Shown here one piece after another: positions 46,267 through 58,200 of a stretch of DNA of 64,000 nt (position 1 is its first letter; each line of letters opens with the position of its first letter). This DNA is from Macrostomum lignano (lineage: Eukaryota). Location of the stretch: assembly GCA_002269645.1 (NCBI GenBank), contig NIVC01000104.1:310001-374000 (forward strand), written 5' to 3'. The notes beneath the pieces were generated by a model. It saw only the letters and a program-made list of their open reading frames with translations, ran no database searches and was not told where the DNA came from. Both the position numbers and the translations under genes were made by a program.

Positions 46267-49200
46267 TCACATAACGCTGCAACGATCGCTAGATTCGGCG
46301 CCGCCTCGGCGCATACGTTTGCCAGCGCGAACGGCGGCCAGCTTAGTCCGGTCCAGCTGCATGTGGCGCGAGGCCATCTCCTGTGGGCCGCGCGGTTTTG
46401 GTTGCTTTTTACTTGTATTTTTACTATCAATAGGGTGAGTTATTTATTTTTTTGTAATTTTATATATTCTTTCGGTTCAATAGTTGCTTTTCACGTACCC
46501 ACTTACATTGTTACTATAAGTAAAGTGAGCTGTAAATTGCAGAATACTTTTTTCTTTTTTTCTTTTAATAGTTTTTTCTAATTAAATTTTACTATCAGTC
46601 GAGTAAGTTGTAAGTTTCAGCAGGATTTTTCCGTTTTTTGTTTAATAGTTGTTTTCTACTTATATTTTTACTATCAGTAGAGTGAGCGGTAAATTTCAGT
46701 AGATTGTTTTGTTTTTTGTTCAATAGTTGTTTTCTTTGACCAGTTTGCCTAGCCAGCTTGTACGGCGTGGGCTAACCGGCGTTTGCGATTGGCTAGGGGG
46801 GGGAGGGTTGTACTTGTTTGGCTCCATCCGTGGGGGCGGGTTTGCGGCGTTGGGGTGGGTGGTTGTGTTCTGTGCCTTTTTAGGCCTCGCCTTGAGGTAA
46901 AATTGCTTGTTCTCGCGGCGTTGAATTTTAATTTTAAGCCGCGAGAAAATTAAACCAGATAACACCACAAAATAATTTGTGAATCTCTACGGATTTCCTT
47001 GTTTGGGTGCGAAACTGGTGATACTTTCCTACAAATCCTGTACAGCTGGCGCAAATAAAACTATGAATATAAATTTTGTCAGTTTTGCATTCATTTCTTT
47101 CTTATCATTTTAATATTGGTAGTTTTAGTACACTAGCGCGTATATCAAAGGGTAACGGAGCGCATATCGTACAGATAACTGAGTTACAGATAACTCAATT
47201 TTAATTTATAGGAATTTACTATATAAAAATTTGGCAAGAAACTTTAAATAGTTATTTATATGTTATTTATCACTGATAGCCTGATTCATCATCCAGTTGC
47301 ACATAATCATTTATTTTGTCCATAAAACCGCCGAGATCCAATTCGATACCGGCGAAGCTATATATGCCATATGGATAGCTCGTATATATTCTTAGATCAG
47401 GTCAACAATCGTACCAAAGTAGTTCCGTTCAAATGTTTAGCATTAATTACAGTTGTCAAAAATATTCACTGAGATAGAACATGTACCGTGCGTTCAATTC
47501 GGCGATAAATGTATCCTGCAATTTCAGACCTTGCATTATACTGCAAAAAGCAATCCACCATCGAAAAAGTGCTTTAGACCGCTCGGTCACGCAGCTGCGC
47601 GAGCAGCTTCTAATGATGGTACGCGTGCCTCGGCCACAGCAAGCATTTGACCAGAGAAATATGCGAAAGAGCTTGAAGGACGCCAACAAAACATGCCTAG
47701 CAGTCTGAGGCCAACCGCCTCTTGAAGCACGGCGTCTGGCCGTGCTTATATTGGGTCTGCATCAGACTCATGTGGATGACTAGACCATCCACACCGAGGT
47801 TCTAGCTTTGACGCGGCCCAATATATGCTACGGCATACGCTGAAAGCATTTAAAACTACCTGCAAAGTCCAAGCCTGCGTACCACAGTATGCAGGACAGT
47901 GCCGATTGCGATGCACTGCTGTGCATGGAATCGCAGGCGATGTTCCTGGGCTTTGGATATGAGCAACTTGGCGGTCAAGGAAGCAGCGGCGGCGGTCGGC
48001 GCCGAATAACTGACGCACTGCTTGGTGACGCCTGCGCCAGACTGATTAAAGCTGGGCCCAACCAACGCAAGTGTCTGCCTCATATTGTACTATGCTACAG
48101 CGTTATGCTTGTCATAGAAGGCCACTATTTAAATTTTGATGCTAGCGAGGCCAGTGTCGTACTAAAAAGTGCGCCGGCGACGAGGCGACACGTCGCAGAG
48201 ACGCTTTCGCCAGCATGGAACTACTGCCTGACCGGGTCAACGTCCCGCGAGTGCTGGCCACTCGGCATGCCCATGCCGCGTGCAGCACGGACAACCTGTC
48301 GATGGAATTTTGCTGTGCTCCTTACCGGAGGACTTTATTCCCAAATGTATGCACAGAGACGGCGATTGCCCCGTTCACGAACTCATTTGTGATCTGTGAA
48401 GAAGCGTCTAATTATGTATAGTTCAGTCAGACAGTTTCTGTGCATGTTGCTGCCTTGCATAAATTGAGCTGCGAATTGTGATCGGTTGCAACTAAATAGG
48501 CGTGCACAGGAACTGTCAGAACGGACTTGTATTCGCCAGTTAGGCTTTTGATATTAGCATTGTTATTCGCCGATACCCCTCCCCGTTTTGCATTTTTCTG
48601 TTCTACTAGCCTGTTCACTCGAAGGCGTGTTCCATTCGCAGGTACGAGTATAAGTAATTAGAATTAGCCGATGTCCACCGTGACCGCGGGGGTTTCTAGA
48701 TGACAGTGCTGGGAGTTACTTTGGAAAGCTGTTGCATCGGTGAAACGATAAATGCAGAAAAACGGTATTGCAGCGAGTGAACAGTCTAGCAGGGCAAATG
48801 TGGCCACTCCGGTGTCTGTGCGGAGGCCGGTAGATCTTCCAGCCAAAGTATAGAGTTTCGGTCGTGCCTGAGTTTCCGACGCCAAAGCCGCGTACCCAAG
48901 TGCCTAGTAGAGTATTTTTTCCTTTATACACGTGCTATTTTGCTTCTCTGTCTATCGTTCGTCTATTCGTCAGTTCGTTAATTTGTCGTTTCTATATCCT
49001 ATTCATCACCCTTCATGCTTGTCCCTTGTAAGATCTTGCAGATGCCACCTCTTAAAATGTGCAAATTTCCTTGTCGCATTGCGTCCATCTGTTGAATATC
49101 CTTCATTTGAAAAGAAATAACTACTATCTCTTGTTGCCGTTGTGCTGTTTGCAAGTTTACGTAAGTGCGTATTTATGTTAACTTGCAAGTTGTTGCATTG

Positions 49201-52200
49201 CTTGCTTTCATTTCATTGTAATAACTAAATACTTGCCAGTTCGGCATTTGATGCTTGCATTTTAATACTTTTAATTTCTACGAACTTATTAAGCAGTCTT
49301 CGAACTGTCAAGTACTGTACCGCTCCTTACTGAGAGATATATGTTCCACTTTATGTTGCCGCTCTGTTTATAAACCTTTTAACTTTTGTATGAACGTTTA
49401 TTCACGCCGAAATCGAAATAAGGCAAGAGTTCATACGATCGCTACATCAACGATCAATCCTTTTCTACACCGAATGATGACAGTGTGATTATCAAGAAAC
49501 TATTGTTTTTGATGTCATTATCATTGTATTTAATAGGTGGTCATTAAATTCTTTAAAAAGTGCCCCTCAAGATTTATATGAACTCACTCTATCTATCGCA
49601 TTCGGGCACTCGAGAAGGATATAGAAGACGAGAGGAAACGTTCGGCACACCTGGCGCAAAGTAATACGCAGTTGTTGAACCAAGTGCATCAACTTTGCGC
49701 TCAACTGCAATCACTTGAGGAACAAATGGCGCAAAACGGAAACTCTGATTCCAGTCGAGACGCCAGGATGCAGCAGACTATGAGCGTGGTTGAGCGCCGG
49801 TGTGAACGATTACTCAGTGCATTACATGTTGCCAGACGCACAATTGGAGGCTCTGATAGTGTCGACGCAGAGACGAAACTGGTCAGGCATTAATCGATGA
49901 CGAACCTCGAGAAGTTGGTATTTATACCCACAGTCATTGGTCCATTGATCAGTCGGCGCAAATGAAGCAGACTATGAGTGCTGTGCAGGCTGCCGACGCT
50001 ATTGTTACAATGCGGCCACGCGAGGCCAATCCTAACGCATTGGTTAGCCTGTCAAACGACGACGGCTTTACTGATAGAGTCGAATGACAAGCGTGAACTC
50101 AAGCAGCGAACAAAAGCCATTCATCAACTGATCGGTGACATTTTTGCCAGATGCCAAAAAAATGTGCCACCACTAAGAGCGCGTTTATGCGCGCGGTCCT
50201 TCGCGCTTTATTCAGCGAGGACCAATTCTTGCGGGAGACCTGCTCGGGCCGCGTCAAGGGTCAGGTAGGTGGCCAGCGATGCGACGACGGCGAACTGTGG
50301 CGATAGCATACGCCAAGCAGGTCGGCGTGAACGTAGGTGAAAAGGAATTTCGGCGCCAGCACTATCAGTGCCGCGAGACTGCCATTAAATGCCGGATGGC
50401 TCCCGAGGAGAAGACCAAAAAATCGGAAGCTGTGTGAAAAGATGGCGCGCCGCAAAGAGGATGCAGCTGGCCGGCACCGCCGAGGAAGCCATCGAGGGAG
50501 CTGCTGAACTGTTTTACTGTTTTTGTCTGTTTTTTTACACAGTACTTCGTCCTGTTTGGCACGCTTCGTCCCATACCAGATCTGCTAATTTATTAGGGGA
50601 CGCTAATCTTTTTAAAGTTAGTCCGGTATTTTGCTATTTATTATTGTGTGCTTATTTTAGTTTTTTTGTTGTTTGTTTAAGTTTTAATGTTTACTGTTTC
50701 ACGCTCAATGTGAGTTAAGATTCGAAGTAGGACTAAACTTAGAAAGGCCAGCCACAACTCCTTGACGGAAACAACGATGTAAGGGGTCTTACTTATATGT
50801 GGGAATCCCCTTTGCCCCAAGGCACGTAAGACTGCGTGACTTTGTTCTACTTTGGGAACTAGAACCTACTTTTAGAACCAGAATTCACCTCCTACAGTAC
50901 CAGGAGAGGCCATCGGGCACGTGATTCCCCCGTAAACATGGACCAAGGAGTGCAGCACGCACGTCAGTATCGTCTACAATGTCCACACTCCACATGCTTT
51001 AATGTTACTATTAATATTCAAAAGTATCACTTATACTACATACACTTTTTCCAGCCTTTTTTCAAACAGTTTTCAATATCTTCATTGTCGAGCATTTTTA
51101 GCACGAAAAAAAATGAAAAGTACTGAACGTCATTTAATATTTACTGTCTTGTTACCATAAATTGGTGTGCCTCTACATAGTAACGCATTAAATTTGGAAA
51201 AAAGATTTGAACATCTCTGCTACAAATCATACAACACTATACGCGTTTGTACGCCGCCTTGAGTTCTATTGCACAGCCCGTTTTGATTTGCTAGAGATTT
51301 TGCAGTCTACCCCAACCGGCTTGTGCCGGGGTGCGGAGTTAAGTTAGTTGTATATGCTGAATCGTGCTAAGTTATTTTATAAAAACAAATGCCCAACGGC
51401 CTTTCAATCCTTTCTCCCATCTCACGATCGCTGGTGTCCGACTCTTTTCCGGCCACGCTGCACAACATCCACTTCTCTCTGTTACAGATGTCCGGCGCTT
51501 CAAATCGCACGGTTGGTCCACTAAGCACACTGCGACTGAGTACCGACGACGCAAAGTATGCGTTTGCGGAGTCCATATAGAATACACCTGTTTGGAGATC
51601 CGTCGTCGGCGACATCGGCATCGAATTGTGCACGAAGCTGTCAGAGTTCTGTACGGTCGGCCACATTTGTGCCTTAACGAACAGGAGTTCGATATTGGTA
51701 CATCTGCAACGCCAAGTCGGTTGGATATCACCGTTGGCACACGGGATTGCGAAGACAATCAGATAAGAGTTTCCAGCGCAGTCGGCATTTCGTGGACGCA
51801 ACTGCACGATGAAGCCATCGCCGCGCGAGCCGGTGCATAAGATAATACGCCATTCACTTCGTCTCCGGTCTACGAGCAGCCGATCAACGAAAGTCAATTG
51901 TTTCCGGATGACGACTATGCTACGAATGACAATTCTATCGACGCAGCTGATATTACTAGTGAACAGTCGTGCAATCTGGCAATGCCTGTCGAAGAAACCA
52001 TCGCTGTCTGTTAGAGCTAGAAGATCGAATGTGTTATTACTGCTTCCTTATAACTGTGTATTTTTTTGAGAAACTGCCTTCCATCGCCATTTAATTTAAC
52101 TTTATAATGCAGAGTCGTTCCATTGCGCCGGTGTCAGTGGTCTCATTAATCGCCGTCCGCGCGCGCGACCCGATCTTTTAAATGTCTGGCTCACGCCTCA

Positions 52201-55200
52201 ACTGCCGTCAGATTCGCGTCCGAGTACAGCAGGTCCGACCTGCGACTCAGCACCAGATCGCACCAGATCACCTATTCTGTAGTATCAATTGGTATCCACA
52301 GTATAAGTAGGTCTACTTATAACTGGATTCCCGCAACTCAGACGGATGCCACGCTGTTCTCCAGAAGTTTCCGTTCCTGGTGAGCTACCCTGTAGTTTGT
52401 ATAAGGCGCTTACAAATGACACCCCGCTGTTAAATAGATGCTACTCATAAAATCTTGAAGCACCAACTTTTTATACGCTTCTTTACTGCGAAATTTGATG
52501 TCAATGCCTTCTGGATTTTTTTCGCACGAATTACCAGACTGTTACCTGGACAGCGAATCCTGTTTGTCAGACAGGATAACAAACAAGATAACAAACAGGA
52601 TAACACGATGTTTCCCTGCAGGATTCGCACGAATTACCCGACTGTTACCTGGACAGTGAATCCTATTTGTATCTTGTTTGAAACAAGGAAACGTAAGATT
52701 TCGTCACGCAAACGGGATTTATACAAGATAACATTTTACATAACCGTAATAGGACATGTTATCTCGTTTGAGCGAAAGTTATCTTGTGATTTTGTCTGGT
52801 TTATTTACCAGAGGGCTACTTATATTTTTGTATAAGTAGAGTGGGGTGAGAATTTCAGTAGAATTTAATTTTATTTTCTGTTCTATAGTTGTTTTCTACC
52901 CATTTGTTTACTATGCTTCGTGAGTTGTAAATTTCAGTAAAAATTCGGATTTTTTGGCTTAATATTTGCTTTTTACTTACTTTTTACTAAAAGTGGAGTG
53001 ATTTGCGTATTGAAAAAAATTTTACGCACTAATTTTACCTTATCACTGCCGTCAACCAATCGGACGCGAATATTTTCGCCCTGACCGCAGGCTTTGGTTT
53101 TGCTAACATAATCCGCTGGCGGATTATGAGCTACGCCGGCGTCGGAGCTCCACACCTGTGTCAGTGAAAATGAAGGTAGAAATTGGCTGGAGAACAATAG
53201 AGATAAGTCAGATAGTAGAATGAAGTAGAGGCTGTACAGAATCAGGTGGAGACTAATGGTAGGGTCAAGTAAGGAGAATAACCAACAAACAACAGACTGT
53301 TATAAACAAACAATGCCCAGGCTGTTACTTACGGTAGACTCAGCTAGTGGCGCCAAAACTGTCTTAGCCGGGAACTTGAAGGCGCTGGTGACGCCGTCGC
53401 ATTCTAAACGCAGCGTCCAACCGCCGATGGCGACTTCGGTGTCCGGCGAAGTGTTGCGCAATCGGACAAATTGGCCGCGCTCCGGGTCCAATTCGTGCAC
53501 GTGGATTGCGCCGCACTGCTCCTGGTGCACCTGAGATGTTGTGGAGACGATGGGGGTTAGGATAGGGATATTGTTGGAATATGAATATGGATTAATAATA
53601 AGAATAATGTAGGAGGGCTGCGGGCACCCTGGCACAACGCCATCGCTGACGGCAATTCTGCTCATTCCGTGAGCACTTACAAACGCGCCAATACTGTACG
53701 CAGGCACGCACTCGTACTCCGTACACACACTCACACAGGGTGTACAGCTGCGCTTACAGCTGCGCTTACAGCTGCGCTTACAGCTGCGCTTACAGCTGCG
53801 CTTACAGCTGCGCTTACAGCTGCGCTTACAGCTGCGCTTACAGCTGCGCTTACAGCTGCGCTTACAGCTGCGCTTACAGCTGCGCTTACAGCTGCGCTTA
53901 CAGCTGCGCTTACAGCTGCGCTTACAGCTGTGAATTGCACGAAAATCCATCGGCCAATTTTTCGTGTGCAAGCCCCAAATAAATGGGGCCGCGCACGAAT
54001 CGAACCGGAGGCCGTGGCTCAAAAATCTACCGCTGAGAAGCTCCGAAATATGATTTTAAAGAACAGTGATATGGAGGCCTGAAGAATAATAATATGTAAT
54101 TCTTTGACTGATGTAATTCTTAGAACTGGGATTGTGATTCTTAGAATGGAGATTGTGATTCTTAAAATGGGGATTGTGGTTCTTAGAATGGGGATTGCGA
54201 TTCTTAGAATGGGGATTGCGATTATTAGAACGGGGATTGTGATTCTTAGAATGGGGATTGTGATTCTTAGAATGGGGATTGTGATTCTTAAAATGGGGAT
54301 TGTGGTTCTTAGAATGGGGATTGCGATTCTTAGAATGGGGATTGCGATTATTAGAACGGGGATTGTGATTCTTAGAACTGGGATTGTGATTCTTAGAATG
54401 GGGATTGTGATTCTTAAAATGGGGATTGTGATTCTTAGAATGGGGACTGTGATTCTTAGAATGGGGATTGTGATTCTTAGAATGGGGCCGGGATTATGAT
54501 TGTTAGAGTAGGGACAATTTTGTTCTTAGAACTGGGATTTTTTATTTCGAAAAAGAAGATTTGGGATGCTTAGAATTGTAGTTGCAATTTATAGTGCGGC
54601 AATATTAGGAGTAGATAACATGTGAATTGGGAAAAGTCTAATAGGGATTCTGGTTAATCGCATGCCAGCTAATATACCTTTTCAACTTTGGATTCGTCAA
54701 AAGTGAGTTCAAATTCGTCAGCGTATGCAAAACTATATGGCGCTCAAGGGGAAGAGAATAAGTGTCTATGGTAAATTTTTAGAGAAAGTGACTTCGAATT
54801 CGTCTAAGTAAGTGAAATTCGTCAGTGCAAAAGCAGCCTGATCAGAAAAAGTGTTTGCTTTGTCCATGGTAAGAAAAGAAGGTGTCTATGGTAAGTTTAA
54901 GTAAGAAAGTGAGTGAAGTTCGTCTGTGGAAAATTAGCCCAATTTCTTGAAATCTTCATTTCATGCTTTGATTGTTGTCAGAGATGCCCTGCATGAGAAT
55001 TTCGTCTGTGGATCGCTCTAGACTCGTGCGATGTTTTCAACAAGGACGAGACTGGAGACAACTCGCAATTGAACAGGATATCAAGAGGACAACTGCCAGT
55101 GACATCATCAGGAGATATGTTGATGAGGGTAGGATCGATCTTAACGCGCGTGGCGGTGCAGTGAGACCAAGGTTTTCTGAGGAGATGCTCGGGGTGTTGA

Positions 55201-58200
55201 CGAGGTATGTGGAAGAGAAGCCAAGCCGACTGTGACCCTCAAAGAAATGCAGCAAAAGCTTGTTGCAGATTTTCCTGCTGCTCCTGCGAATTCGAATTAA
55301 AGTGACGAATTCGAAGTCACTTTCTCTAAAAATTTACCATAGACACTCAGGGCCCGTTCTATAAAGCCATCGTAAGATAAGATCATTCTTAGCTCCTATC
55401 TCTGCAGTGTAAAAGTTCTGACGTACGATCGAACTTACACTCAGCAACATTTAAAACGCAACACTTTAACTAGAAGAAAAATCAACTCACTCAGAAGAGT
55501 CAAAGCGCATAGTCTATGGTTCAAATCGAGCTTCAGAAACGCGTGTAGCTTCCTCTCGCAAGTAACAGGGCTACGACAGCTTTATAGTACGACCCCTCAT
55601 TCTCTTCCCCTTGAGCGCCATATAGTTTTGCATTCGCTGACGAATTTAAACTCACTTTTGACGAATCCAAAGTTGAAAAGGTATATTATACCGCATGAAT
55701 AAGAATTACGCATAACACGCACCGTATAAGCCATAGAAGAGTACAATTCTTCGTCATCAAAATCGGCGGTTCTACGCTTGGATCCGCGCGCGAACGGAGA
55801 CGACGCGTCGGACGGATTGGAATGCTTGTGCGGCGAATAATTCGTACGACGCTGCTCCTCGTCGAGCAGCTGGCGATAGGCCAGGATCTCCTGGTCCAGG
55901 GCCAGCTTGCTAGTCAATAGATTATTGTATTCCTCAAGCTGCTCGGCTAGGCGCTCCCTATTGCGCTTCTCCTCCTGGCGCAGGTAGTCTAATTGCTGCT
56001 CAAACGCGTCGCGCTCTTGGGCCAAGGCGGATTCCAAGCGAGCATTGCTAGCGCGCAACAGGTCGGCCTCTTTGCGCGCTTTCTCCAGCTCAAGGCCGGA
56101 GTCGTGCAGGCGGCGGCGCAGCTCAACGATTTCGTCGCGACTGGCTCGAGCGTCCTGGGCATTTGTGAGATTAGATATGAAAAATGAGAGATTTTATATC
56201 AAGAAGTGGAAGTTTGATATTGACATACATGCAAAGATATTAGTTAGATACAGGGAAAGAGATTAGACATAGAAGATGAGATTAGATATAGGATATAGGA
56301 GATTATATACCGGAGATGAGAGATTAGATATAGGAGATGAGAGATTAGATATAGGAAAAGAGAGACTAGATATAGGAGATTAGAGATTAGATATAGGAAA
56401 AGAGAGACTAGATACAAGAGATTAGAGATTAGATATAGGAGAGATCAGATATTCTCCAGGGACATAAGAGGTCTCCTAATAAAAGCTTTGAAACCGGCAA
56501 TATTCATTCATTTCTATTGCTCTACCTGCCACCCATGAAATCAAGAAAGAGCTACAATGATTTTTAAGTCTTTGTAAGTCTCAAATTTTGAGTTGCCAAT
56601 ATTACTACATTGTAGATATATCGTAGATGTAGATACAGGAACTAGATATGGGAATATGCTTTCCCGTAACCATATTCATAGCTATGGCGAAACTTTAAGT
56701 TATAGAATATGACGTATGTCAGAGATTAGAATAGAGACAATAAAGGTAAGACAGACTAGAAGCAACAAACCTGCGAATAGCGCTCCGAAGCGGACCTGAG
56801 CTCGTCCATCTTCACCCGGAAAGTGGCCTCCAAATCCAGTCTGAACGCGGCAGCGGCCTGGTCGGCCTCCTCCCTGGCGTGGCGCAGCTCTTCGCACAGG
56901 CGCGATTCGAAGTCGGCCTCGCGAACTCGGCTGACCTCTTCGACTAGGACGCTGCGCTCTTGATAACGGCTGCGCTCCTCTTTGAGCAGGCTCTCCTTGA
57001 ATGCGGCGTCCTCTGTAGCTGTCTGGACCCGATTCTCTAGCTCGGTTTTCAGTTTCACCTGGTTTTCAAATGCAAAAATTAAAATACACTATAATTGAAA
57101 GTTGAGCAGTCGCGAGGGCCAACTACTGCTGATCAGTAGTATCTAATTCATATTTAATGACATAGTAGCTCAACGAAGAGTACTATTATACTATTGAAAG
57201 CACTGTTGTAACAACTGCTTTGCAGTAAGAACCATTTTAAGCTACTCATAAATTCAGTAGTAATCCAACAGTTATTTCACTATGCTTACATTTCGTTAGT
57301 TCTATATTTCATACTTGCAATTACGCGATTTTCAGTTAAGTAGGAAGTTGAAGAGACGTATTTTTTATTTCTTTTTGACAGAATCTCATTTACGCAACCT
57401 TTTTGAATTCTTTGATAGTTGAGAGCTGATAGCTGAGATCTGATATCTGAGATCTGACAGCTGAGATCTGATAGCTGAGATTTATTAGCTGAGATCTGAC
57501 AGCTGAGATCTGATAGCTGAGATTTATTAGCTGAGATCTGACAGCTGAGATCTGATAGCTGAGATTTATTAGCTGAGATCTGACAGCTGAGATCTGATAG
57601 CTGAGATCTATTAGCTGAGATCTGACAGCTGAGATCTGATAGCTGAGATCTGATAGCTGAGATTTGGTAGCTGAGATTTGATAGCTGAGATATGATGGTT
57701 GAGATCTAGTAACTGAGAACTGATTTCTGAAATCTGATAGCTGAGATCTGATAGCTGAGATCTGGTAACTGAGATCTGATTGCTGGGTATCAGACTCCTG
57801 ATCAAGATCTTGTATATGCTTATTATCGTAAGCTTAATATTATCGCATAAGCTTACCTCAGTCTCCAGCTGGTCCCGCATCGCTTTCAGCTGGGCCTGGC
57901 TATCGTTTAGCTCAGCCTGCAGTCGTTTAGCGTCGCGTTCGTTGCGCTCAGCATTGGCCAGGCCTTTACGAGCGGCAGCCAGCTCTTTGGCTACTGAGGC
58001 GGCCTCTTTCTCGGCGGCGGCCAGCTGACTGCGCAGCCGATCAGCATCGGCGCGAGCGTTGCGCGCTTCAATATCGGCTTCGGCTAGGCGATCCAGCTGG
58101 CGCTCCTGCTCTTTCAGAGTGCGCTCCAGGCCTGCGGCGCGTCTGTCGGCGCGGAAGGAATAAGTAATCCGGTTTGTGCGAGTTTTTAGTGCAATACAGC

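Larger units (their letters stand above)
46940..52813 (+). mobile_element. Decayed multi-ORF insert (probable DNA transposon) in last lamin intron; boundaries approximate
   Basis: Three broken + strand ORF regions; subterminal direct repeats and GATAAC motifs at 52520-52790 ending ...CAGAGGG; the same host repeat (CTACTTATATTTTT...AGTAGAGTG) lies on both sides (46657 and 52817). Confidence 0.5.

Noticed and set aside
48187-48300. LSPAWNY / PDRVNVPRVLA resembling IL-17 motifs
   Set aside because: The motifs lie in different frames and the cystine-knot cysteines are missing.
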